DNA of 64,000 nucleotides from Nymphaea colorata (lineage: Eukaryota): NCBI RefSeq assembly GCF_008831285.2, contig NC_045138.2, positions 12,586,001 to 12,650,000 on the forward strand, given 5' to 3'. The number at the start of each line of letters is the position of its first letter. Position 1 is the stretch's first letter. The position numbers were made by a program, and so were the translations under genes. The notes beneath the pieces are model-generated. The model was given only the letters and a program-made list of their open reading frames with translations. It was not told where the DNA came from and made no database searches. Of the stretch, positions 24,574 through 37,682 are shown piece by piece.

Positions 24574-26639
24574 TGCAATTAGGGCCATCGACTAGCAGCA
24601 CTCTTATCATTGAGCTCGAGATAAGTTTTCTTTTTTTCATTTTATGTTTTGTAACTTAATCACAAATCATGAAGTAAAAATGTTAAAGCAACCTTACATG
24701 GACGTTGATAAGAGAGAACAGAAGGAGAATCGTTAAGTGGATACTGATAAGGGAGAATGACGTACCAATTCTGTTAAAATTGGTGTGTTCTCTATATGCA
24801 GAACCTTCTCCAAGTTCCCAATATGCTGAGTTAGAGATTATTACATTCCAATCTCTGTTAAGGTTGTGTGCTTTTACGCTTTTATAGTTTCTTCATTGCA
24901 TTCTTTGGTGACCCACTCATTAATATGTTTGTTGTGTTTGTTTGAGGGCAAAATGTGTAATTAGTATAATTATGCTTGACTTTTCTAAAATGTTTCGTTG
25001 TTATTCATATTCTACCTCAGTTATTTGTAAATGAAGTATGCAGTAGTTTTTCCTTTAGTTGTTTTTGAGCACTGCACATTCCATCTTTTCCTTTGTTGAT
25101 AGGCTAGCATGATTACAACAATTGTTATAGTTGTTGATTGTTATAATTGTAGGGAAGGATATCAGAAATGTTAAAAAAAAATTACTACATTGTGAATTTG
25201 ATCCCCAGTGGTCCATTTTTCCTTCAATGGAGGAACCAACATGAATTTCACACATTCTTGAGGTATTAGTATGTTATGATAGGTATGATGGTGTAACTTG
25301 GGATCAGCTAATATTCATTGCCCCATTCACTTGAAGGAAACCGATGGTGATCTTGGATAGATTTTCTATCTTATTGGTAATTCAATCTCTGAGAATATGG
25401 TTAACTAGAACTTTGATTTGTACACTTATACCTTGAAGAAGGTGACTTTTCACCACCCTTTGAGGGTCCATGTGTATGTGTGTCATACTTTGTGGACATA
25501 GTATGTCTTTTACTTACATGCTTGTCATTTAAATAACTGATCTCAATTTTGACATTATTTTTGTAGATATTATATATTTCATGACTCTAGTCTTGAAGCT
25601 TACACTTTGCTTTGCCTCAATTCGCTCTCTCCCTTCATAGGCTTAGTGCTTCACTTCGTGCCTCATCACATTTAGTAACATTGGTGACTACTGCATCATA
25701 AACACGTTAATACAATGCATGTATTGTTAGTACTTGAATATCAAATTTCACATAAGGACAATATTGACCTCCTGTACTGGCCTTACAAAGAGTAAATACT
25801 AAATGGCCTTAAAATTACCTTTCCATCAAAGTCTCATAAGAAGGATATTCTTTTCGTTAATGGTTTAAATGCTAGTAGATGAAATTTTTTATTACGTTTT
25901 CGAGCTAGCTTCATGATAAGATAAATTAACTCCACTATTAGAGTACAAATTCAGTGGTGATGCTCATAAAATGTGGGAATTACCATATATATTGGCTCGT
26001 TGCATGGACAATATAAGGTAGCTGAAATATGAAGCATTTTTCTTCTTAGATAATCAGTTTAATCGCAAGTGATAATTGGATAATTTGCTTTGATATGAGG
26101 AATTTTTTTTAAATTGTCATGCGTGCCTAAATTTTTTTAAATTGTCATATATATTTTTTTTTAATTGGGGAATTTTTTTTTTTTTTAGATTGTCATATGC
26201 GCCTAAATTTTATCCCAATTCCACCCTAGATTTGTGAAAAATTACCAAAGAAGAATAGGGGTCTGACATTTTCACTTTGAAATTAAATTTTCCTTAGCCA
26301 TTGTGACCTCTTGACTGCATCCTAAAACATTGCCAGCAAGTCTCACTCTCTTTTTCTTGTTCTCTCTCCCGCTATTCGACGGCAGGCTGATCGATGAACA
26401 CTCTTCGTTTCTCTTTTTGAATCTCTTTTTCTCTTATTTGTCACCAAAACAAGCCATATGAAAAGGAATGGAGCAATCACCACCTGCTAGCGAAAACTTG
26501 CTGAGGGATAAGCCCTCTCCCTTATTATTAGCAAAAAATGAGGTATTTACATCAAAAATTAAAATCCTTCGTAGGATGATTGCATTATCAAAGGAGCAAT
26601 TGACTGGGGTCCCATCCAAATTGACCAATTACTCATTTC

Positions 26640-27490
26640 ATTATATCCCATTTTACCGGAACACAAAAAAGAGCATGCTGCAGACCTCTACAGATGGTTG
26701 TGTTCCTTTAATACTTTTAGCCTGGGTAGATGACTCTCCGCATGCAGATGCAGTCCAGACCTTTCTGTTTCACCTTCAAAAGCTTTGTCTATCCCATCTT
26801 TCCATGTCTCATTGTTGGATTGGATGAGCATGGGTTGCTCATTAGAGTCAAGCTGTCTCAAGCACTTGTTTAGCATCCAGCTCTCAGAAAAAGACATCCT
26901 TCTTTCGACCAGCAGCAGATTCCAAAGGGATATTCTCCACTACAACTTTTAATCAAGCCTGCAACACGATATAGACCCTCTAGATTCCATGTTGCGATGT
27001 AGATGTATTGAATCCCTTCTTGAAAATGTCAATATGTTGTTATGATGCCTCGATGCAACCAGATTTCTAATCTTTCTTTGGCATTCTAGTCCAATTTACT
27101 TTCCTGTGCTGTTGTTCTTTGCAAGATTCCCAAATTCTTGAGCAGAAATCTCCGACAACTGGTTCATCATTATGTTTGGCCTTGTTGTTTCTCAGCTGCC
27201 ACAAGAACCAGATGGCCATGTGGTAGGTGGTCTTCCAGGTATTGGCCCATAGTTTCCATCTGTACTACCTTTACACCACCAAATGAGACATTGGTTTATT
27301 GGCTGTTCTCTTGGCATCTTCTGTTTGTATTTGGCTGGTATGAATTGCCATAATGTTTTTGATACTTTGCATCCAAAAAATAGATGTTTGTTGTCTTCTT
27401 CATGACTGCGACACAATATACACATTCATGCTAGCTTCACTCCAAGAATCTTGAGCCTCGCACCTGTCATGGCTCTGCTCTGGCAACTAA
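26640..27490 (-). mobile_element. L1-like LINE 3' fragment (zf-RVT region)
   Basis: Minus ORF 27192-27425 reads MCILCRSHEEDNKHLFFGCKVSKTLWQ, the CxxC...E...HLFFxC...W motif of plant LINE ORF2 C-termini. Boundaries are approximate. Confidence 0.7.
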
Positions 27491-28532
27491 TGTAAACTGT
27501 CCATATCACCCCTTGGGGTAACCATTTTTTTTTTTTTTTTCACATATGCTCTCACCACCTTCAACAACATCAAGAAGGCATACGTGAAGCCTCTTTGCTT
27601 CTTTTCTTGGTTCCTTTCTTTTTCATTTCTTCTTTTCAAGGTGGTCGCCGTTTTCCAGTGACTGTCAAACATATGTTCATCTGAAGCACTAAGCAAGGTT
27701 CAATGGAAGGAAGAGTTGTGATTCCTGGTTTATCTCCCGCATTTCCCTTTGTGCTTTTCCACTTGTTTCCCATGTCTATCAAACACTTGAAAATTTTTTC
27801 AGATATATCTTTTGTGACCACTATACACTACATGAAGTTGGAATGGTTGAAAAAAAAGAAAAAAAAAAATCTTCCACCTTATTTTAGGAATTTCTTCCTA
27901 GGTGCAAATCCATGAATTTTTTCTTTCGGTGGGTGTCGAATGCCCCCATGATAAATTGCTTTAGGTCCTCTTAATAAAGTATTAACCCCATATCATTTGG
28001 TCGATTAATTATTAATTTCTCTTAGTTGGACACATCAAGTTTTATGTAATCACAGTTTGGTATCTCGTATGTTCTTTGGGATATGGTTGTGCATTTTGCA
28101 TAAAATTTATTTCATTCTGAAGAACCCAGAGGTCAGCCTACTCATTAAACATTTTAAATGGGTACATATAATCGACAAAGCAAAACATGTATCAATAGGC
28201 CTTAATGACATGATAAAGAAGGTTTGCGTTGCCTCTAACTGTTGCTTATTTAAGGAGTTTAAGCAGTTGATTATGACGTTCATGCCCCTGTCCATAATGG
28301 TCACTTTCTAGTCTCCATGTGTTATTGCTTAATTAAGAAGTGGACTGACTTTTCTTCTAAATTATCTTCACAGCCTCATGAAGGCCGACAGCAGACTCAG
28401 CATCCAGCAGTCTTAGGCATTGCCCACTAACAAGAAGCAAAAGGAAAAGAGACCTAAAAGCGAAAAAAACAAACAAAAAAAAGACCCAAGAAACAAACTC
28501 AGGACTCTCCCCGGACACATTCACTGCTATAC

Positions 28533-29666
28533 TCACAGCTTGTTCTTGTACCAAAACACACCACCCTTGGACTTCTCATCAGCTTCAACGTACACGCACT
28601 GCTTGGCCTCTCTGTACATGGCCTTCACGATGGGGGTGCCATCAAAGTGGTAGTACTCCCCAAGGATGGGCCTGATGGCCTTGGTGGCCTCCATTGCATG
28701 GTAGTGCGGCATCGTCGAGAAGAGGTGGTGAGTTACATGAGTGTCGGTGATGTGGTGGAAGACTGTGTTGAGGAAGCCGTAGTCACGGTCGACAGTCGCC
28801 AGGGCACCTCTGAGCCAGTCCCACTCCGACCCGTCGTAGTGGGGCAATGCGGGGTGAGTGTGCTGCAGATATGTGATCAGCACCAGGAAGCCATTGACGA
28901 TGAGGAGCGGCACCCCGTACACAGACGCCAGCCACCAAAAGCCATAGGCCTTTGCCAGCAAGTACAGAAAGTAGCCGGCACCCAATACCCCCACGTCGCT
29001 GATCACGATCTGGACTCTCTCCCGGTTGCTGAAGATGGGGCCGTAAGGGTCGTAGTGGCAGGCAAACCGCTCGTAGGTGCGGCCGGAGACGTTGAAGGCG
29101 AGGTAGAGGGGCCAGCCGAGCAGGAGCGACACGGCGAGCGTCAGCACGCGGCCGAGCGGGTTATTCAGGTACTTGGAGTACCATGCAAGCGCAGCTTTGG
29201 GCTTCGGCACAAAGACCTCGTCGCGCTCGAGACTGCCGGTGTTCGAGTGGTGGCGGCGGTGGCTGTACTTCCACGAGAAGTAGGGAACCAGAAGGAAAGA
29301 GTGGAGGATCAAGCCAACGGTGTCGTCGAGCGCAGAGTAGTCGGAGAAGGCGTGGTGACCGCACTCATGGGCAAGAACCCAGACACCCGTGAGCACACAG
29401 CCTTGGCAGGCCCAGTAGAGAACCCACAGGAAGGGGGAGACAAATGGGGGAAACAGGTGGAAGAACTGAGTCGCGTAGTACAGGATGGCTGAAATGGTGA
29501 GGTCCATGGCGACGTAGGAAAATGAGCGGGGGATGGAGCGTTTGAAGCAGTGGGGAGGGATGGCTTTCTTGATCTGCGCGACTGTGAAGGGCGGACGGTC
29601 GGTGGGAACGCGTTCCAAGGGGTCGGGCTTCTGCACCGGCACGTTCATCCTGCCACCAGCACCCAT
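28533..29666 (-). CDS. FAD2: Microsomal omega-6 (delta-12, oleate) fatty acid desaturase, 377 aa, uninterrupted CDS
   Basis: MGAGGRM N-terminus and [12 protein letters not shown]. Three His boxes HECGHH, HRRHH and [23 protein letters not shown]-terminal ER-retrieval-type motif YKNKL. Confidence 0.98.
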   Translation of the reverse strand: MGAGGRMNVPVQKPDPLERVPTDRPPFTVAQIKKAIPPHCFKRSIPRSFSYVAMDLTISAILYYATQFFHLFPPFVSPFLWVLYWACQGCVLTGVWVLAHECGHHAFSDYSALDDTVGLILHSFLLVPYFSWKYSHRRHHSNTGSLERDEVFVPKPKAALAWYSKYLNNPLGRVLTLAVSLLLGWPLYLAFNVSGRTYERFACHYDPYGPIFSNRERVQIVISDVGVLGAGYFLYLLAKAYGFWWLASVYGVPLLIVNGFLVLITYLQHTHPALPHYDGSEWDWLRGALATVDRDYGFLNTVFHHITDTHVTHHLFSTMPHYHAMEATKAIRPILGEYYHFDGTPIVKAMYREAKQCVYVEADEKSKGGVFWYKNKL

Positions 29667-29728
29667 GATGGCTGCCGAGGGATGCCAACCAGCTGGGTAA
29701 TTAATTAAGCTCCGGTGATTTCTGCCCC

Positions 29729-32700
29729 CTAAGAGGAAAAAGAAAAAAAGCCCCTTTCAGATGCCAACAGAAAGAGGGAGTCCTGTAGGCTAAATAAAAG
29801 TTGAGAAATCAAGAATAGCAGAATAAAAACAGCGAATGCACAATCTCGACATAAGGAAGTTCATTATGGACTACCGTTTTCACAATTAAAAGTAACATTG
29901 ATCCGATACCTTTTCAACTCCGAACACTATTTCTCTAACGACCCTCCTCTTAAACGTGGCTAAGATAGGACCCTTCTTTCTGGTTAAAGGCCCCACGCCC
30001 AGAACAAAAACCAAATTACAGGTCTAAAGCCACAAAATATGAATATCATCAGTTCAAATAATTATGCCTAAAAGTCAGTATTTTGAATACCAGCCAATTT
30101 GATGACTAAAACAGGGCGCAGCCAATAGCGTCATAACACACTCTTTTAATTGGTTGCATAGAGTTCTTGCTCATCTCAATTAGATGATGTGTGTGTGTGT
30201 GTTCAAACAAAGGCAGACAGTGTCTCCAGCGAAAGGTGAACTCAGAGTGCCTGTGCCCCACTCTGACGCCTTTATGACTATGAAGGCAGTAGCACCCTTC
30301 TCTTGACCAAAGGTTTGTGCAGACAAATCTCAGAGCAAACAGGGTTGGCTTGTGAACCTAAACAGTGCACCAATCGACCAAGGACCCAACGGTCACTGTA
30401 ATGGCCCAATTGATTAGGTGGAACAAAGATCCGCCCGCCCGGCCGGTAACCAGTGAACCTACAAAGCCACTTGTTCTTGAACTGATGCCCCATTGTTATG
30501 CTGAAGAGACAGCCGGCGATTTTCTTCGTTTAAAAAAAGCTTCAGTTGGGTAGGGCAGCTTCTGCTTTGGGAAATCGCGACAATAAAATACGGGTGAAAG
30601 CAGGGAACATGAAGAAAAAACTAAAATAGGTGGCCAAGGAAGTGGTACGAACAGATTTTGATGTCTTCATTGGTTTTCTGCTCAAAGATTTGGTAGTAGA
30701 TATGGGGATCGACCAGAAACCGCCAACCCCTTGCAGAGAATGTAATAATAAATTAAGAGAACCCCATGCCTACCAACACCTAAAGGTCGTGACTAAGAAA
30801 ACAAAAAAGAAAATGTAAAAAGGAAAGACGCCGATTCTGACTCTTGCTTTGAACAACAAATTTTTAAAGCCAAAAAGAGCCCAGTCGTAGTAGTTTTCTG
30901 GTAGGAGATGGAAATCAAAATTTGATCACTACTCCAAGGCTTAGATTTCTCCAATGCGAGACAAATTAGAAATCTTTTCAAAGAGAAAACCTTAAACCTT
31001 AAACGCTATCTTCAGAACTCTAAAATTTTTTAATTTTGAATAGGAAAAACCACCTTCCATGTAAAGTTTTCAAACCCAGTTTTCAAATTTGAGTAGATTT
31101 ACAATACACCCTTTTAACTTGAGTGTGATGTCTGTCATTGTCGCAGCCCAAAACAAAAAAAAATAATGCATTGATATGACAGCAGACAACATATTCAAAC
31201 TTCTAACTCCTTAAGTATGAACCTCTTGCCATCTAGTTGCAATAGGGCCCTCGCTGGGACTTATGGTACACGCTAGTGTTACTTTTGTCACCCATTGCAG
31301 CCACCAAAAATAATGCACTAAAACTTACTACAGCAATCACTGGATTCAAACCTCTCTAACCCCAAAACATAATGCATTGACATGACAACAGTCAGCACAT
31401 TCAAACCTCTACTTCCTTGGATATGAACCACCTTACCATTAGTTGCCCTAGGTCCCTTAGGGTAGATACACACTTTCAATTCACGTTAGGTACACACTTT
31501 CAATTCAAATGTTACGTTTGTCACCGTCTACAACCAAAAGAGAATGCACTAAAAACCTGCGACAGCGGTCTAAGAATCCAAACCTCTCTAACTCCTTTGA
31601 AGTGAACCACCTTAGAGCCTAGTTGCACACAACTGGCTCCTTGTGGCTCAAGAACTCTACTTTAACAGTAAAGTATAACAGATGAAGCAGCTGAAAAAAG
31701 TGTAGACGATAACAAGATTGAGAAAATGATACGTCATATCTTAGAACGAATCGTGTACGTCTTAGAAAGGTACTCCACAGCTGACCAAAGGCATACTTTG
31801 GCAGGGATAGTGCTCACGAACTTCACCGATCTCGGTGACCTACCTGGCCCTATTTGGCGGGCTTGGAATCTTTAGGGTTGAGTTGGCACTATCACGAGGA
31901 ACGACTTTGTCTGGTGAAAGGAACTGCTACGAGGCACCCACCACGAAATCGGTAACATCGTGCTCTCGAACCATAATTGGAAATCCCGGATTCTAAATGG
32001 AAGCCATGAAAGCAACTGCTTCTTGCCCATATCAATGTGTCCGACCCAAATCCCTACGGAGAAAACAAGAAAGAACCGTCTCGACCGGAACAGAAAACTA
32101 GGAGAAACAGAAAAGGAGAGAACACGTGAACCCATGAGGGCAAGAGGGGAAGAAGGGAACCAGAGCATCCAAGAAAAAAGGGCTCACGCCAAGGTCAGTG
32201 GGGCTTCACGAGACCTGCTCCGGGAAAAAAAAAGACCTCAAATAAAATATCTGCCGCACCTCCAAGAGACAAAATTTGCAAAAAACAAATTGAAAATTTT
32301 CCAGATCAGAGCCCAACTTTTTATATTGCGTTGCTGAAAAAAAAAAAAAAAAGCAAGGGAAAAATGCTGCCTGACATTGTCAGGCATCGAGTAAAGAAAG
32401 ATGCTACTTTCCAACCTGCAGGATTGCGGGACAAGTTCAACTCTTCCTGCTTTTCGAAGGACTTTATTATTTATATCATCCCCAAAAAAGGTAGTAGCTT
32501 CATAAACTTCTTTCAATTCTAATTTCGAATATTCATTTCAAAGGAAAGAGATCATTCCGGTGAAACTGATATCCACTTCTGACCTTCACCTCCTTGAGTT
32601 AGATGGGCCGATGCATTTATGTTTTTGGGGGGTCTTAGAAGTGTCGATCCATAGTACGGGAAGAAAATTTAAAAAAATAAGGGCCAAAAAGCAAATAAAA

Positions 32701-34032
32701 ACAATGGGCAAGCCTAGTAGGGCCCTTTAGATGTTTCACATCCACTCGCTTAAATACCAGGCAGACAAATAATGTAACAATATACAATACAATTATCATT
32801 TCAAGTGGTTCACATAAAATGGAACCAAATTTTTTACGGTGAAATTGGTAGCAGTCAGTCAGAGTAGGTTCGCGCCATTCTCCAAAAAAAAAGTAAAAAC
32901 AGACAACAACAACGGGGAGAAACCATAAAAGCGACTGTACTTTACAAGGGAATAATAAAGTAAAGGTACCAAATTGAGATAGAAAAAAAAGAAGGAAATA
33001 AATCGCATGAAAATAAATGCGCCATTTTCCTCAAGCACGAAAGGGGCACACTGCACGAGAAATTTAGCAAGGCAAAACGACACCGAGGGTGGCAACAACA
33101 CACATATCAAAAGATCGTAAAACAAGAAAGTAACTCGGAGATGACTCGGATCCCGATTTGGAAAAAGCATAGGCAGATCTGTTTTCCTATATGTATATTC
33201 ACCGATTCATCCTCGAAGCAGTAATGGATCGGGAAATTTGATTGCGAGAAAGACAAACTTTCCGGCTTATCCCAATTTCCTGGGTAAGTGACTCGATGAG
33301 ATAACCCCCTCCAGAAAAATCGGGAAAAGGAAACAATGGCGATTAGGAAAAACAGAGCATCAAACGTGAGAACGATGGCGAACAGACCCTGAAGCCAACC
33401 ACCAAAGGAAACTAAGAATATTATAATACTTTCTCGAACAAAATGATTTTCCTCCGCGAGCTTCAGGCCAAGAACAACTCCCGATACCCTTGGAAGAGTA
33501 AACAAATCATAAATAATACTTTTCGAGCGAAAAATCTGCAACAGCACATTCAGGATCCCGAGATTCTTCACATACTCGAGAGAGAAATGTTTCTACAATT
33601 AGGGGAGGGAGGAACACTGATCCGGAAACGAACATTTATCCAGAAAATTGGTATAATTGAGGGCATTTTCACTGCCCCCGCAATGCATTTCCAACATTTA
33701 CGCATTTCTCCACGAACACAATTCTTCTGAGTCTCAAAACCACTCCCCATTATACTGCAACGATCAGGACAAGGTCTAGCAGAAAGAAAAGCATAAAACA
33801 GGGAAGCGCATTCCATCAAAGAAGAAAAAAAAGAAAAAACATGGGGAACTTTTCTGCATGACAGCATCCGTCCATCCTATCCCAACTTTTCCGGATAAAA
33901 TGGCATGCTTACCAAAGGAAACCCAATCAGGAAAACAAAAAGATTCAGAAAAGCAGCGCCAATGATGGGCTCGCCAGATCCCTACAGATACAGAGAAGAA
34001 GAAGAGAGAGGGAGAGAGGGAGAGAGACGTAC
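29729..34032 (-). other. FAD2: Predicted FAD2 5'UTR intron (4304 bp)
   Basis: Minus-strand donor CCCAG|GTACGT at 34033/34032 is followed by a CT-rich tract. Acceptor tttttttctttttcctcttAG|G at 29729/29728 lies 62 nt above the ATG. A single large 5'UTR intron is a known feature of plant FAD2 genes. Confidence 0.8.
31130..31630 (-). repeat. About four degenerate tandem units inside the FAD2 intron, possibly derived from a tRNA-SINE
   Basis: Recurrent aaataatgca..., attcaaacctct and tgaacc(a/t)c...tagttgc blocks at about 31160, 31310, 31365 and 31540. The minus strand has GGTTTGAATCC, which resembles a B box. Confidence 0.55.
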
Positions 34033-34200
34033 CTGGGAGCTCTCGCTTTCCACAAGGGCGTGTGAAGGTGAAGGGGAGCGGACAGAGGGAGAGAGAGAGA
34101 TGAGAAGGAGAGGTAACGAGAGAGAGACGGTGTCTCCGGAGCGACGCAAGCGGAGAGGGCAGGGAGTCACCTTTCCCTCTCTCCTCTCTCCCCTTCTCTC
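34033..34200 (-). other. FAD2: Predicted non-coding FAD2 exon 1 (5'UTR)
   Basis: A GA-rich then CT-rich leader between the TATA-like box and the GT donor. The TSS position is approximate. Confidence 0.65.
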
Positions 34201-34218
34201 TCCCTCACATCGACCCGC

Positions 34219-34360
34219 AAACCCTAGTATTTAAAACCGAATCCCTCCTCTCTCTCTCCACTGGTGTGTCCGTCTGACCGTGGGACCCACGCGCGTTTAA
34301 CTTTCCCCTACCTCTCCTACGTCTCCAACTTTCGCTCTCCGACTGAACACGTGTCACGTT
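34219..34360 (-). promoter_or_regulatory. FAD2: FAD2 core and proximal promoter
   Basis: TATA-like TTTAAATA on the minus strand (34228-34235). Telo-box AAACCCTA (34219-34226). TCP-type GTGGGACCCAC (34280-34290) followed by CGCG. G-box/ABRE CACGTGTC (34348-34355). The region is CpG-rich. Confidence 0.65.
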
Positions 34361-35617
34361 TTCATTCGCTGCGTTGCTCACGGATACACCCGCGCAATCG
34401 CTTCCTATCAACCCTCATCCACCAGACCCCGAGGTGAATCCTGCCGTCCGCTGCCGCCGGACGACGATCCTGACCGTCGCTCCGCCGTCGCCGGCATCTT
34501 GGAAACTGCGCCACACAAACTATCTGTGGTCGAGCGATCCTGTGGGCCTCCGCTCCGGTTAGTTGCCATTTCCCAACTTATTGTAAGCGTCATGGGCTCA
34601 CTTAGAAATGTTGCGTGATTCGTAGCTTTCAGTTGACTCACTATAAAAATTCGAATGATTCAATTAAGAAGCATTAGTAAAGAAGCTAATTTCAATATTT
34701 AAATGAAAAAAAATACTCAAAAATACTAATATCAAATAAAATATTTAAGATTATTTTGTTTGTGCAGGCAAGATTTGCTGACAAGTAACCACACCTACCT
34801 TCACCCTTATCGCCAACGCAGCTTTGTAATTGTCGCCGTAAACTGCTAAATTTGTGGAAGGGGATTGGCTTTTGGTTCACCATTCAGCTTAGTTCCAGTC
34901 TTTTCCAACTTTTGGTGCCCGTTACTTGCTGATGTGATTCCTGCTAACAAAAGCTTTTATTTTTTGCATTTTTAAATCAATTTAAAGTATTTTAAAGCAA
35001 TTTTTAAATAAAAAAATCTTAAAACTCCTCCTCCAAAGAAAGAAAAGAAAACCAATTGAAGTTGGGAAGACGAGAAACTCCGGTATCATGTAGAAATTTT
35101 GTTTCAAACAGATTTGAACTAAATATTAAAACGTGGCAAGAACTAAATTTGAACCGTAGCTAAAAGGGTAAGTAACTGTGGCTACAACGTTAGTGGCTGA
35201 AACATTGAGCCCAGGTTTAGGTTTTTTAACCATGACGTATTCTAACACACCTACAGCATAGGTTGCAATTAGTGCGGGCTCCTCTAAAGCGTCGCTGTTG
35301 TACGTTAGTGAATGTACAATTCTATTAATGCAGCAACAGCAAGACCATGCGTTAGGCAAGCCTTGGAAGGTCACCCTTTAGTAACCAAGTTATTCACCTG
35401 TGTCAGTAAATATTATGATTGACTAGTTTCCTTAATACAGGGGAGGGCTACGTCAGAAAAGTGGTGTTCACACGCTTGGAAAAACCAAACTTCACTCCAA
35501 ATGCATGTAATTGATGTGTTTGAGGAAACCCTAGACTAGTGTGTTAGGAAAGCTTGCCCTTGCTAATTTTTGGTATTTATTTAGCGCTTTTCTATTTTTT
35601 AATGAGGTCTATTCTTG

Positions 35618-35820
35618 CAGGGGCGGAGCCAAGGGGAGCCGCAGGCTCTTGGCCCCTCACCCCCCTCCCCCCCTAAAAAAAAAATTGAAAAAATTACGTC
35701 TAAATTTTAGCAAATTTCACTTGTCCTATGTAAAAATTTTAAAAAATGATGTTTGGACCTTATCAAAATTTAAAAACTTTAATTTGGTCCTCCTCATGAA
35801 AATTTTTGGCTCTGCCACCC
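35618..35820 (+). mobile_element. hAT-type MITE (CAGGGGCGGAGCC family)
   Basis: caggggcggagcc...aaaatttttggctctgccaccc. No TSD was recognised. Confidence 0.75.
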
Positions 35821-36334
35821 TTAACCCACAAACCTTTTTTTCTCACCGATTTCCCATTCTATTTCTCTTTGCTCCTCTCATGGTCTTCCACGAAGCTTTG
35901 TGCTTCCTCTAGTCGTTGTCATTGTTTCATGAAAATCCATCATTGGCGGATTACAAAAATCATCCATCGAAACTAGCTGATATATTCTTCATCTTCCATC
36001 AATCCTGAGGCTGACTATCATTTGCAAGGGCGTAGTCACCATCGAACGCCATGAATTATCTCCTGCAATTCGTTTTCACTCTGATGAGGGCAAAGAAGAA
36101 GCAAGGTCCCTTTGCGCATTGAACATGATCTTCAACTTTTAGTTCAGAGTTAGTCTGTTAAAACAGTTTTCTCACTTTTAAGTAACGAGAAAAATGATAT
36201 CCAAACCTTTCTTATACAACTTTCAATCTCCTTTTTCTCTTTTCCTGCCGTTGTCTTATCTTTTGTGCATTTTTTCTCACATTGGATAAATTGTGAAAAG
36301 CAAATGTTACTTGTTGTGTATGGGTTGGTGCCCT

Positions 36335-36528
36335 CAGGAGCAGAGCCATAAAATTTTCATGAGGGGGACCGAATTGAAGTTTCTAAATTTTGATTGACAC
36401 AGACCGAAATATTATTTTTCAAAATTTTTATATAGAACAAGTGAAATTTTTTAAAATTTACATGTAAATTAAAAAGAAAAAATTGAGGTGGGGCCAAGGC
36501 CCATGCGAGCCCCCATGCATCATCCCTG
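36335..36528 (-). mobile_element. hAT-type MITE, same family as 35618-35820 but in inverted orientation
   Basis: caggagcagagccataaaattttcatgagggggaccgaattgaag is approximately the reverse complement of 35775-35820. Degenerate flanks GGTGCCCT / GATGCCTC. Confidence 0.75.
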
Positions 36529-37682
36529 GATGCCTCTAACTAGGCTTTCTGAAAGTAGATTGGTTTGGTACGATTAGGCGTTCCATCTCCTCTAGCTATC
36601 ACTTATAATTTCTTTTGAGAGTTCTTGCTTAATAGCTCCTCTTGTGACTTGATTTTCTTTCTCTAAACGACATGTACTTCTAATAATTCATGCACCTAGT
36701 CTTCCAAGTAATCTATTTTCGGCTTTGAAGAAACTATTTCAATTTGTTCATTAATACCTGTAGGAGTGAAATGGATCTCTCTTCAATTTGGCTCTTAAAT
36801 GTAAATTAGAAGCATTTGTCATCAATGAGACATTGAAACCTGAGTTCCTTGCTTCTTTGTTTTAGCAAAAGATGATGGTAAGGAACTTTACCAAGACATA
36901 CTTATAGGGATGCATGTCCTGAGAGGTCCAGTTTCTCATGTATTTGCATAATTATGTTTTGATTTAAACTATATAATTTTTTTCTTCATTATTATATATA
37001 TATATACATATATACACATCTTCTTTGTTGGTGGCTTTTTCATTACAAAATATAACTTGCCCAGTGATAATTAGTAATCTTTTTAGGCTAAAATTGAGGT
37101 GACATTTTTGCACTTAATTCCCCAAAAATTTTATGTGCCATTATTTGTATGCTTTTTTGAAGCTAAATTGATAATTGAAAAGGCAATGTTGAATTTGGAA
37201 ATAACAAATAAAGTTAGGATTATTATGAAACCAAGAAGCACACCATCCAGTTTAGAAGACTTCATTGTCATCAGCTTAAAGCTCTCGAGGACAATTACTG
37301 GTGATTGAGAGTCTTGTTTGGCGGCAAAATGGAGGCACTTATCATATAAAATTTATTTTGTTTTTTTTTTTCTATGTTTGGCTATGCAGTTACTCCTATT
37401 GAACACACAACATAAGAGTACAATTCCTTAAGATTTTTTTCCCTAAGATTTGAATGCAGAACAAGCATGTGAAATCCTTATATATATATATATATACACA
37501 CAAAGTTCACATGTTGGTATTTGTTGAATAAACTACGTAAATCACATGCATTTAAAACTCAAATCATTTTGGTCAATCAATCAGTCAACTAACCGTTTGA
37601 CAAAAAGTTTTAAAGTGGGAAAGTGCGAAGTACAAAAAGCCTATCACACCAATCTTTCTTTCTCACTTCATCTTTGATAACA

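Noticed and set aside
23990..25690. Possible hAT element remnants (GAAGC/GCTTC subterminal motifs, ends aaaaaccttg and tagtaacattg, DGVTWDQL peptide)
   Set aside because: Too degenerate to call. No matching TIR pair or TSD and no extended transposase homology could be established by eye.
28647..29492. 281-aa ORF antisense to FAD2, and other short overlapping ORFs
   Set aside because: This is a shadow of the GC3-rich FAD2 codon usage. It has no recognisable domain or independent gene signals.
28533..29666. Possibility that this is a divergent FAD2 (hydroxylase, conjugase or acetylenase), prompted by HVTHH instead of HVAHH
   Set aside because: Diagnostic positions are desaturase-type: Ala before HECGH, Thr in SNTGS, and Ser and Met in FSTMPHY. 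One His-box variant is not sufficient.
33107..33867. ORFs of 95-154 aa in the FAD2 upstream region
   Set aside because: They lie within the predicted 5'UTR intron, have low-complexity F/L/I-rich composition, and show no homology signals.
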